Shown here in pieces: positions 25,001 through 35,736 of a DNA stretch of 64,000 bases. The stretch spans positions 62,001 to 126,000 of the forward strand of contig NW_027590197.1 of the NCBI RefSeq assembly GCF_964213995.1. The letters are read 5' to 3'. This stretch comes from Mustelus asterias. Its lineage: Eukaryota. Numbering within the stretch: position 1 is the stretch's first letter; each line of letters opens with the position of its first letter. Made by a program: the position numbers and the translations under genes. Under the pieces are notes generated by a model. That model was not told the DNA's origin. It made no database searches and saw only the letters and a program-made list of their open reading frames with translations.

Positions 25001-25861
25001 GTGCATCCTCTGATCTTGTGGGAGTCTGGGGAAGAAATTGCAGAGGCTCTTGCAGAAATATTTGCTTCATCCCTTTCCACTGGTGAAGTTCTGGAAGACT
25101 AGAGTGTGGCTAATGTTATTCCATTGTTGGAGAAGGGTTGCAAAGAGAAGCCTGGTAATTACAGGCCGGTGAACCTGACAACAGTGGCGGGTAAGTTACT
25201 GGAGAGGATTTGGCCAACCTTTGGGTAATCAAGGTCTGGTTAGGGAGAGTTGTCAGAGATCCTGGGTACCAGCAACTTTAAGCATTCTTAGTCAACTTGA
25301 GTACAAACAGCACTGGACACCAGGCATAATCCAATGTGGGCCCTTTAATAACTTGTGCACAAGGAGAAACCCTGTGCAGCTGTCCCGCAAGTGGTTCTGA
25401 TGTTACAGAAAAATAACTTGGCAATAATAGTCAATTACAGCAAATCAGAAACCAGGAATGTTTCTAATCCTTCATTGACGGACATATTCGCCAATTAAAT
25501 CCTAGCTTTTCGCCCTTTCGCGTTCAAAATTGACTTCTGCTAATCTTTTATTTGCATAGCATATCCCCATATCTCGCCTTTGGTATTTGTTATGGAGAAA
25601 TCTGGTCTTGCTCACCCTCTGGTGAAGGCCGAAAAGCAGAATGTTCTGGGGCCTACGTCAGTGAAGATTAGCCTGTTCATGCTGAAATAGCAGACACTGA
25701 CTCCTTTGAAGGTCTGCAAGCCGATAAACATTTTCACTCGCTGTTAAAGAGAAGGCAGGAAACTTTAATCTGAGCATTTCCACATAGTCAGCACTGCTTC
25801 GTGCATGTGTTAGAGTGGGCCAAGGCTGAGGCAGCTGTCGTATATATATTTATAGAGTGAG

Positions 25862-26035
25862 AATAGACTAACATTTCGAGTCTGGATGACCCTTTGTCAG
25901 AACTCTGATGAAGGGTCATCCAGACTTTAAACGTTGGCTCTATTCTCTCTCCACAGATGCTGTCAGACCTGCTGACATTTTCCAGCATTTTCTGTTTTTG
26001 TTTCAGATTCCAGCATCCGCAATATTTTGCTTTTA
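25862..26035. mobile_element. Penelope-like family 2 terminus with an inverted pair of hammerhead-like motifs
   Basis: Perfect 16-bp arms 25879-25894 / 25911-25926; right half matches 39609-39705. Confidence 0.6.
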
Positions 26036-27088
26036 TATATATTTATATATCCAAATGTGCTATGTTAACAAAATGGGCAGTTACTAACCGAAATATAAAG
26101 CATCATGTGATTTAGCTGACTTGACCATATTCCTATAGTTATTCAGTCATTAAAGACACAGTCATGGAGCATTAAACTTGCCTCGCAGGGCCCCTCGTAT
26201 CAACACACAGGCAGCTGCTTTGTGAGACTGCGAGCAGCACAGACAAGTCAGAGATAAGAGTGTCCTGAGAAGAGAGATTCATTGTGAAGGCTCAGGGACA
26301 GTTGATAAGATGTATTAATTCTATGATTCTCATGAACATTTTTTCCCCTCTCATTCCCAAAAGCTGTAAATCTCCATCCCACACACTCTCCCTCCATTCT
26401 CACTCTGCTGTATCTAATATTCACCCTCCCAATTCTCCTGAAGGTGCTGATTGAGGCTGATTGACAGATCCATGCTCACTGCTTCCTGTCCACGACTCAG
26501 AAATCATAATAGGAGCTGCAGTTGGCCATTCAGCCCATTGAACTGCCTCAACCATTCATTGAGAATTGGCTGATCTACCGCAGCATCATTTCCCACGCTA
26601 TCCACCAGATAGAGAGAGAATAGAGCCAATGTTCTGAGTCTGGAGAGAGGAAAGAATGTTCCATAGAAACTAGAATTGTGTGTTCTGAATTTCTATCCTG
26701 CACTGACACTGATGACTTCTGTAAACTTGTTTTACAGGATATTGAAAGAGGAATCACAGGCTGAAATCTCAAACGTCACATCTAGATCTGACAGAGTCAT
26801 ATTCCTTGGGACCTGAATATCATCGGCCTTTGTATCTTGAAGGAGAAATTGTTGTCTGGTCTGTCAGTTTGAAAAGATTTCAAACATTAGTGTGACTGGA
26901 AAAGCACCAACACACGGCCACACTCGAGTGAGAGTCTTCCAGTTCACAGACTCAAGAGCTTTAACCAGTTACATAGCCTGAATAAATATCACACCATTCA
27001 CAGCGGGGAGAGACTGGACACGTGTTCTGTGTGTGGACGAGGCTTCAACTGATTGTCCACCCAAGAGAGAGGCAAGGACACCTGCACC

Positions 27089-27511
27089 ATGGAGAAACCA
27101 TGGAAATGTGCGGACTGTGGGAAGGGATACGGAGCCCCTTCAGAGCTGGAAGTTCATCGGCGCAGCCACACTGGGGAGAAGCCATTCACCTGCTCTCAGT
27201 GTGAGAAGGGATTCAGTCAGTTATCCAACCTGCAGAGACACCAGCGAGTTCACACTGGGGAGAGACTGTTCACCTGCTCTCAGTGTGGGAAGGGATTCAC
27301 TAATTTATCCACCCTGCGTAGACACCAGCGAGTTCACACTGGGGAGAGGCCGTTCACCTGCTCTCAGTGTGGGAAGGGATTCAAAGTTTCATCCCGGCTG
27401 CTGAGACACCAGCGAGTTCACACTGGGGAGAGACCGTTCTCCTGCTCTGTGTGTGAGAAGATATTCAGTCTTTTATCCCAGCTGCTGAGACACCAAAAAG
27501 TTCACGAGTGA
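27089..27511 (+). CDS. C2H2 zinc-finger protein ZNF-5 (5 fingers)
   Basis: gcaccATGG at 27089, [10 protein letters not shown]; 5 intact fingers; acceptor at 26736-26737; paralog of 49661-50335. Confidence 0.88.
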   Translation: MEKPWKCADCGKGYGAPSELEVHRRSHTGEKPFTCSQCEKGFSQLSNLQRHQRVHTGERLFTCSQCGKGFTNLSTLRRHQRVHTGERPFTCSQCGKGFKVSSRLLRHQRVHTGERPFSCSVCEKIFSLLSQLLRHQKVHE

Positions 27512-27764
27512 TTCCAGGGGTTGGATTCTGCTGTTATTGTTTCTGCTCTCAATTACATCCAGGACTGCATTTTGTTCATTCTCACAGTTGGTCAATGGGG
27601 AGGGTCAGAGGGTTTCTTTCTGCTGGACTGGCCGGTCTCATGACTTTGTCTCCAGTGGGCTGATGCTCTTTGAGTCTTGTTGCGAATACCTGGTTTCAGA
27701 TTTCACACGGATCACAGAGTGACAGGGTGTTAGGAAGTTCAGAGTCACTATTTCTGTTTGAAAC

Positions 27765-28055
27765 CTCCCAATGCCCATCCAATTTCCTTTGTAATTGTTT
27801 ATTGTCTCCACTTCCTCCACCCTCGTAGGCAGCGAGTTCCAGGTCATTACCATTCGCTGCATCAAAATATTCTTCCTCACATCCCTCCTGCATCTCTGAC
27901 CCAAAACCATAAATCTGTGTCCCCCTCGTCCTTGTCCGTCAGCTAATGGGAACAGCTTTTCTTTGTCCACCTTATCTAAACCTGTCAGAATCTTGTCCAC
28001 CTCTATCAAATCTCCCCTCAACCTCCTTTTCTCCAAGAGGAACAACCCCCAGCCT
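27765..28055 (-). mobile_element. CR1 fragment shared with 50585-50885
   Basis: LEKRRLRGDLIEVDKIL..EKLFP..WNSLP; present in both duplicated ZNF 3' flanks. Confidence 0.8.
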
Positions 28056-28819
28056 GACATTGACAATAAAGAACAAACTAACAGAATATGTTAATACCTG
28101 AAATCAAATGGGAATGTTTAATTTCTGTTTTAAAGAAATCATGAATATATTGTCCCGTACAATAAAGGGATTTGAATAACTCAGCTTGGGTGCAGTTGAA
28201 TGAAATGTATCAATCTCGTATCCACCCACAGTCTAGAGGAAGTGTGGAATGTGTAGCTGGAAATCCCTCCCTAACAGTACTGTGGGTGTACTTACACCTC
28301 AGGCATTGTAGCAGTTCAGGAAGGCAGTGTTGGTGCTGATCGTGGCCGAGGCAGCTACAGACAGCCACATATCCTGTTATAACTGAAGGACTGCAGATTA
28401 AATGCGAGGCATTGTGGGACATGACTATCTTGACCACATTCCTGTGACTGCTCAGTTTCTGCAATCATGAACCATTAAAGCTGCTTAGCAGGGCTCTGAA
28501 AGAGGACCTGGTGAGAATATTTACTCATAATGAGTTAGAATTAAACTTATCCCAGGACCGGCTGGTGTTCAGTGGCTGAGATTCCTGAATGTGTAAAAAG
28601 GGGGTCTGATCAATCAACAAACAGTGGTAGGTAGTTAGTTAAGAAGCGTTCTCATGCATTATTTGAATTATTTTATCATAAATTTGTGATCAGAACTGTG
28701 AGGGACTTGTAACCCAATAGTTGTTGAATTGACGGTAAACTCCAAGTAGCACTGGACTGAAAAGGGGGTCTGACCAAGAAGTGAAGTGATCTCAAGGCAT
28801 TGTTTAAATTACATCATCA

Positions 28820-29270
28820 TTGGCCAACTTCCCCTTTGTGACGTCACAGTGGAGCCATCCTTGAATCAGCCAATGGGAATCACTGTGCTCCGCGGTGACG
28901 TCTCCGGGTTCCAGTGCGCAGGCCCGGGCGCGCGGACCCGGGAGCCCCGCCCCCACCCATTGTTCCCCTCCCCCTACACCACATCGAGCCACGGTTTCCA
29001 GGCAACCGGCTGGCGGCTCCGGCCAGAGCGAGAAGCCGCTCGGTGAGCTCCCCCTCCCCCCGGCCCGGGACTGCGCAGGTCCAAGGGAGGGGGAAGCTGT
29101 GAATTGCAGGGCAGATCCTGCCCCCTGACCTTCTGAGGTGTTGATTAATAGGAAGAGTTGGAGGACCGGAAGGACTCTGGTTCTCCAGCTGATCAGAGCG
29201 CGGGCTTTGCGTGAATGAAGATTGAGCTTCAGACAGACTGAAACTTCCTCCTGTCTCCAACATCAGAGAG
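28820..29270 (+). promoter_or_regulatory. CpG-rich promoter module (inverted paralog of 59310-59820)
   Basis: CRE gtgacgtcac (~28838), CCAAT, GC box, tgcgca motifs; colinear with the reverse complement of 59.3-59.8 kb. Confidence 0.6.
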
Positions 29271-29273
29271 GTT

Positions 29274-29346
29274 GTTTCTGTCGTGAAGTGGTTGTCATGT
29301 TTGCCTGACACGCAAAAGGTCCCCGGGTCAGAACCGGGCAGGAATG
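29274..29346 (+). tRNA. tRNA-Val-derived sequence with GAC anticodon (probable pseudogene)
   Basis: 73 nt colinear with vertebrate tRNA-Val(AAC/CAC); acceptor stem GTTTCTG/CAGGAAT pairs; anticodon GAC at 29307-29309; T-loop/B-box mutated (GGGTCAGAACC). Confidence 0.8.
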
Positions 29347-29364
29347 TTAATTTGTTAATTCCAG

Positions 29365-30176
29365 CATCTGAAAGTGGGAAGGGGGAGGAAGGTGAGCTGT
29401 TGCCTGCCTGCCTGCTGTCGTCTGGCCTGCCTGTCGTCTGGCCTGCCTGTCTTCCGTCCGTCCGCCCACTGGAGGGTGCTCTCTCCCTGGAGGGAGAGAG
29501 GACACGGAGTGACTTTCTTTCTTTTTTCTTTCCATCTCTGGGAGGGAGGACTGCACGTTTCAACATCGAGGGACTGAGTGGTTGGGCTGGTGCCCTCATC
29601 ATCAGAAGGTCGGTGCCTGAAAGGGATGGGGGGGTGAAGTAAATTCAGACTGTTTTTTCCATCGGCGGGCGGGCGGGCGAAGACACCCCGGACTTGAACT
29701 GTTTGCGCCCAAAAGGGCTGGAGGAGTAAAGTCCCCCACCCACTGCTGCTGCCCCCAACACCGGCACCCCCTCCCCTCTTTCCCCCTGACTGGGGCACCG
29801 GCCCCCCCTCCGTGCCTTGTCCCTCGTCCTCCCTCCTGCTCCTCCGACCTCCTCTCTCCTCTCTCGCTCCGGGGAGAGAGCACCTAGATCCCCATCCACC
29901 TACCCTACCCTCCCTTATTTTTCCCTCCTCTTATACGCCCTGCCGTGGCAGAGCCTTCTCGGCCCACCTATGCGGGCGTGGCAGCTACCAGAGCCCCCGC
30001 CGCTCCCAAGGCCCTGCCACCTTTTTCGTTGCTCACGCGGCAGCTCGGGGTTAAGTGCTACGCCCACCCCGACATGTCCATCGAGGCCTGTGTCAAGGCA
30101 ATGGCTGGGGTTGTCGGCCCCTCAGCCATTGTCGCGGCCTCTAAGATGTACGGCCGGGCCGTATTCTTTTTGAAGG
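29365..30176 (+). mobile_element. Tx1-like (L1 clade) retrotransposon 5' UTR and ORF1 N-terminus, 3'-truncated
   Basis: YAGVAA..LTRQLGVKCY..SIEACVKAMAGVVGPSAIVAASKMYGRAVFFLK resembles the Tx1 ORF1p N-terminal domain (recognised from memory); GC-rich leader with gcct/gtcc short repeats. 5' boundary approximate. Confidence 0.7.
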
Positions 30177-30610
30177 CCACCCACCCGCCACATTTATCAT
30201 TCCCCGCGCGCCGCCCTCTACCTTGTATTGTTCTCGCTTCCAAGTTGAAACCGTCCGTCCGCCGCCGCCATTACCCGCACTGCGCATGCTTCAGGTCCCG
30301 CCCCTCATTCACTCCGATTGGTTGGAGGACCAGCCGCTCCCGCTCGGTCCTCCAGCCCCGCCCCCTCTTCCTATTGGTCCGGAGCTGGCGTCAATCAGCT
30401 CCCGGGCATTGTGATGTGGAGCATGCGCAGTGTCATTGCTGTCCTTGGCGCTTGTTTGTCCCGGAGAAGCGGAGTCAGCGTTAGGCGGTGGCTGGGAGGA
30501 TTTGGAAACACTTTGTGGATCCGCAAACCCTTCAGAATCATTGTCAGCTCCCTGGTTTGCAGCTGCGGGGCTTCTCCCTCCCTCCCTCCCGGGAACAGGC
30601 CCAGGTTAAC
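30177..30610 (+). promoter_or_regulatory. Promoter / putative first exon of ZNF-6
   Basis: NRF1-CCAAT-GC-CCAAT-NRF1 module; near-identical copies at 7335-7680 and 21720-22147 (inverted). Confidence 0.65.
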
Positions 30611-31424
30611 GGCCCCATCCTGGCTCAGCCACTGGAGGATGGTTCACATCAGAGGATGGGGGAGGGGGACAATAAATAAGAGGTTCCACTTTGGCCTCAA
30701 ATCAATGAGGACTCTGATCTCTGGGAAGGAAGGAAACCCTGGGAGTTGGGCGGGAAGGATTCACAAACACCCGCTGGAGGCCCCAACATCCCCAATAAGA
30801 CCCATTGGTTTTATTGTCAGTCTGCAGACAGGAGCTGGAGAACTGAACCCAGACAGAGGAGAGGGAGGGAGAAAACTGGGAGTGGAGGAAAGAAATGGTG
30901 AGATGGGTTTGGATTTCAGCCCAGGGAGGAGGGAGAGTGTGTGGGACGGAGATTTACAGATTTGGGGGAACAAGAGAGGAAAAAATGTTCCAGACGAACT
31001 AGAATTGTCTGTTCAGAGTTTCTATCGTGTTCTGACAGTGATGACTTTTCTAAACTGTTTTTACAGGATATTGGAAGTGAAAGATTGGCAGACAGAAAAT
31101 TCAAACCGGACATCACATCTGACAAAGTCATTCAGTTCCTTCGGAGCTGAATATCATTGGTCTTTGAATATAGAAAGAGAAATATTTGTCTGTTCTGCCT
31201 GTGGGCAAAGAAATTAAACATCAGTGTGACCGGAAAAGCATCGAGACAAACACACACCCGAGTGAGAGTGTTCCAGTGAACTGAATGTGGAAAGAGCTTT
31301 AACCAGTTACACAGCCTGAAAAAACATCACAGTTCACAGCAGGGTGAAACTACGTGTATGTTGTGTGTGTGGATGAGGCTTGAACTGATCATCCAACCTG
31401 GAGAAACACAAGGACACCCGCACC

Positions 31425-32405
31425 ATGGAGAAACCGTGGAAATGTGTGGATTGTGGGAAGGGATTCGGTTTCACATCACAACTGGAAGTTCATCGGCGCA
31501 GTCACACTGGGGAGAGACCGTTCACCTGCTCCGTCTGTGGGAAGGGATTCACCCATTCATACAACCTTCTGACTCACCAACGGGTTCACACTGGGGAGAG
31601 GCCGTTCACCTGCCCTGTGTGTGGGAAGGGATTCACTCGCTCATCCCACATTGTGACACACCAACTTGTTCACACTGATGAGAGAATGTTTACATGTTCT
31701 GACTGTGAGAAGAGTTTTAAATGCAAAAAGGATCTGCTGACACACCAACGAATTCACACTGGGGAGAGACCGTTCACCTGCTCTGTGTGTGGGAAAGGAT
31801 TCATTCAGTCATCCCACTTGCAGACACATCAACTTGTTCACTCTGATAACAAACTTTTTAATTGTTCCCACTGTGAGAAGAGCTTTAAAAATAAAAAGGA
31901 TCTGCTAACGCACCAATATGCTCACACTGGGGAGAGGCCATTCACCTGCTGTGTGTGTGGGAAGGGATTCAGCCGTCCATCTGCCCTATTGAACCACCAG
32001 AGAATTCACAGTGAGGAGAGGCCCTTCACCTGCTCAGACTGTGGGAAGGGATTCACTCGTTCACCCAACTTATTGAATCACCAGCGAGTTCACACTGGGG
32101 AGAGGCCGTTCACCTGCTCTGTGTGTGGGAAGGGATTCAGTCAGTCATCCAACCTGCTGACACACCAGAAAGTTCACAGTGCGGAGAGGCCATTTACCTG
32201 CTCTGTCTGTGGGAAGGGATTTTCTCATTTATCTTATCTTCTGAAACACCAGCGAGTTCACACTGGGGAGAGGCCGTTCACCTGTAATGTCTGTGGAAAG
32301 GGATTTATTCAGTCATCCCACCTGCTAACACACCAGCGAGTTCACAAACGACTGCAAGGTTTGGATTCTACTCTTAATGATGCTGTTAATCATATCCAGG
32401 ACTGA
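31425..32405 (+). CDS. C2H2 zinc-finger protein ZNF-6 (11 fingers)
   Basis: caccATGG start, 326 aa, 11 intact fingers; acceptor at 31065-31066. Confidence 0.93.
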   Translation: MEKPWKCVDCGKGFGFTSQLEVHRRSHTGERPFTCSVCGKGFTHSYNLLTHQRVHTGERPFTCPVCGKGFTRSSHIVTHQLVHTDERMFTCSDCEKSFKCKKDLLTHQRIHTGERPFTCSVCGKGFIQSSHLQTHQLVHSDNKLFNCSHCEKSFKNKKDLLTHQYAHTGERPFTCCVCGKGFSRPSALLNHQRIHSEERPFTCSDCGKGFTRSPNLLNHQRVHTGERPFTCSVCGKGFSQSSNLLTHQKVHSAERPFTCSVCGKGFSHLSYLLKHQRVHTGERPFTCNVCGKGFIQSSHLLTHQRVHKRLQGLDSTLNDAVNHIQD

Positions 32406-33335
32406 ATCGTGTTCACTCTGACAGTCTTCATCCGTTGAGGTTTAATATTCTGAATAAATATGAAATAGACCAGCTTTGTTTTTTAAAATTGTTGTCGATT
32501 TTTGTCTTTCCCACCTGACCCCACATCACCAGGCTGGAGCTCAGAAAGGACAATCGGGGGAGGGTCATATGGCAAACAGGACGCAGTCCTTCAGGGTCAC
32601 AGAGAGGGACAAACAGCACTTTGCTCTTCCTCATCTCTCTTCACGACAGCAAAGTACCCGTGTGGTTTAATCCTGAGATGTGCAAGAACCTCAGTCGCTC
32701 CCTTCTATGTTTCAGCGCTCCTAGACCAGGAACAGAAGTTCCTTTACAACTGTGTTTAGAGTCAGGAAGAACAACAGTGAATGCTGGTAGGATGCTGCTA
32801 AATCAGAGATTGGTGCAAAACTCGGACCTGTTCCTGACTGAGAGTGAAACGGCAGGATTAGATTTCCAGACTGAAAATGCAGAAAAGTCTAAAATATTTT
32901 AATGTGTTTGTGTCAGTGCCAGTTTATTGAACAGAAACCAGTTTAAAATAAATTGGTTAAAGTCTGCATTAAAGTAGCAGCTGGAGAGTTCAAAGGAACC
33001 TGTTATCTGCTGGGACAATTAGACAACAATTTGATTCCCAGATAAAAAGGAGTTACAGCGTGTCCAAGAATTCCCAGTTTTATTGATGAGGCTTCCCACA
33101 CACTGTCCTTTTAAATAAACCTCACTCCTATCAACCTTTAACCATTATAAACAGAATAGAGAGAAGAGTGAAGCTGTGCCTGTCCCTTTAACTGGAAACT
33201 GAACAGCATCAAGCCCCAACTGTCCCTTTAAGAATGAATGATGTGTTCAGCTGAAGATTCCTATTGGTAGTTTTCTGGGTGATCTCCTTATTTTGGATTA
33301 TTCTCAGTGATCCTCAGTTGTGTGAACCTCTTCTC

Positions 33336-33717
33336 ACTCACTTAATATCTCTCCTCTCTGTCAGATACTCACTTAATATCTCTCCCCTCTGTCAGGTACT
33401 CACTTAATATCTCTCCTCTCTGTCAGATACTCAATATCTCTCCTCTCTGTCAGGTACTCACTTAATATCTCTCCTCTCTGTCAGATACTCAATATCTCTC
33501 CTCTCTGTCAGATACTCAATATCTCTCCTCTCTGTCAGATACTCAATATCTCTCCTCTCTGTCAGATACTCAATATCTCTCCTCTCTGTCAGATACTCAC
33601 TTAATATCTCTCCTCTCTGTCAGGTACTCACTTAATATCTCTCCTCTCTGTCAGATACTCAATATCTCTCCTCTCTGTCAGGTACTCAGTTAATATCTCT
33701 CCTCTCTGTCAGATACT
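33336..33717. repeat. 27/31-bp minisatellite, 13 copies
   Basis: Unit actca(ctta)atatctctcctctctgtcag(a/g)t. Confidence 0.95.
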
Positions 33718-34019
33718 GACTCACTTAACATCGCTCTCCTCTCAGACACTCATTTCACTTACCTTCCACCTCTACACTCAATTAAACACGCTCCTTTCAC
33801 TCCCTTACCTCTCTCTCAAATACTGTCTCAGTCACGTAACCTCTATCTTTCTCTCAGACACTCATTCATTTAACTTTTTTATGTCAGATAGTGCTGAAAC
33901 TCACTTAATTTTTTTATTCTCTGGTTATCTCTCTCTAAAAAAGCACCAAACACCTTCAATCTCTCTTCTCTGTCTGAGACAACATCGAATTTACAGAGAC
34001 TCAATCTTCTCTCTCTGTT

Positions 34020-34376
34020 TTTTTTATTCATATGTGGGACACAGGTGCCGCTGACTGGCCAGCATTTATTACCCATCCCTAGTTGCCCTTGTTCAGAGGG
34101 CAGCTGAGAGTCAACCACATTGCTGTGGCCCTGGAGTCACATGTAGACCAGACCGGGTAAAGACAGCAGATTTCCTTCCCTAAAGGACATTAGCGAACCA
34201 GATGGGTTTTTCTGACAATGGTTTCATGGTCATCACTCGATTCTTAATTCCAGATGTTTTGAATTGAATTCAAATTCCACCATCTGCCATGGCGGTATTC
34301 GAATCTGGGTCCCCAGAAAATTTGCTGAGTTTCTGCATTAACATCTAGCGATAATACCACGAGGCCATTGTCTCCC
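34020..34376 (-). mobile_element. SINE family 2, full length
   Basis: Head to tail present; reverse complement of 58391-58690. Confidence 0.8.
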
Positions 34377-35366
34377 CACTTCTCTCTCCCACTTCCTCTG
34401 ACAGGCCCTGACTCACTCTCATTTTCTGATCACCCTCTTTGGGGGAAACTCATTCCTTTCTATAATTTCCCCTCATCTCTCCCAGTGATGACCCTCAGTC
34501 CATCTCCCAATTCATTGACTGTTAAAAACCCAAATAATCTTTGTTTATTGTTTAACATGGGAATGGAGATGAATGTAATGCTGAGAGCGGCAGCAATCTG
34601 TGTGGTTGTTCTTGATGCTGTCAGAGTGAGTTCACCCTCACAGACAGGAAGAATATTCACGGTGATAACATCTCAAACTGATGTCGCCTGTTTCACTCTC
34701 AGGAAATACAACTTCCTGTTTCTCTGCTGCCAGTTGCAAACCGCGCATCTCACTTCTGGGCAAAAAATAAATCCAGGGGCCACAATCTGGTGAGAACATG
34801 TATCAGTGCGGCCTATATCCATCCACAGAGACAGGGCAGAGTCACACAGGATCACATTGCAGTGACATTTACAAATGAGTCTGTTATTTCTGTTCAGAGT
34901 CTCCATTCCCGGATATAACGAGCTGTATTTGTGGATCAGTCACTGAGTTCCCTCTGCTCCCCATAGCTGGGGACTGATAGCCTGCTCCCTTATATTGTAT
35001 ATCATTCTCTCTGTATTGCTTGTTTCCTCTGTTTCTCAGCTTTTATCTCTGACCACCTCATCTTTCTGTTTTTTAAAATCTCTCTCAATGTTTCTGTCTT
35101 TCTGTCTCTCCTCTGGATCTCTCTCAGTCTCTGTGTGTTCCTATTTAACCGAGATGTTCAGCATCATGAAGGGTTTCTGATTGATTATAGAAGGAAAAAC
35201 AGGGAAAAAAGCAGAAAAACTCAGCAAGTCAGAGAGAAACAGTTAACATTTTGAGTCCATATGATTCTTCAGGGCAGGAAAAACATGGGCTTTTCTGTCT
35301 TAGATCAGGGTACGTGATGGGGAGGTTTAATAGAGATGTTTAAAATGACAAACGATTTATGATAGT

Positions 35367-35600
35367 GTCAATGGAGAGGAACTGTTTCCCAGAAGCAGGA
35401 GGGTCTGTCGATGGGGAGAAACTTTCCCAGGTGCAGAAGGGTCTGTCGATGGGGAGAAACTTTCCCAGGTGCAGAAGGGTCTGTCGATGGGGAGAAACTT
35501 TCCCAGGTGCAGAAGGGTCTTTCGATGGAGAGAATCTATTTCCCAGGTATTGGAGGGTCTGTCGATCGGAAGAAACTGTTTCCCAGGTGCAGGAGAGTCT
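35367..35600. repeat. 38-bp minisatellite (~6 copies) inside a CR1 fragment
   Basis: Unit gtcgatggggagaaactttcccaggtgcagaagggtct at 35407, 35445, 35483, 35521 plus degenerate end copies. Confidence 0.9.
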
Positions 35601-35736
35601 GTACACAGAGGGGATACAGAGATTTAACATTATTGACAACTTAACTGGAGAGGGTGATGAGGATGATTTTTTACACAATAATTTGATGCAATCTGGAATG
35701 TACAAACTGACAGGTGCGAGAAGCAGATTTCAAGTA

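Noticed and set aside
27040-27060. Shared in-frame TGA in ZNF leaders as selenocysteine or readthrough
   Set aside because: The leaders also contain copy-specific frameshifts and other stops, and no SECIS was recognised; shared descent of a nonsense mutation explains it.
29945-30484. Tx1 ORF1-promoter fusion ORF as a domesticated gene
   Set aside because: GTG start, truncated domain, and the C-terminal half is translated promoter DNA; no evidence of function.
30318-31217. 299-aa ORF with near-identical ORFs at 7482-7925 and 21214-21953, suggesting a novel conserved protein
   Set aside because: It runs through promoter motifs, an intron and a splice acceptor. The similarity reflects recent duplication; the 21.7-kb copy has a 4-bp frameshift and the 42.6-kb copy a deletion.
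33336-33717. CRISPR-like array
   Set aside because: Head-to-tail repeats without unique spacers, eukaryotic context, no cas genes.
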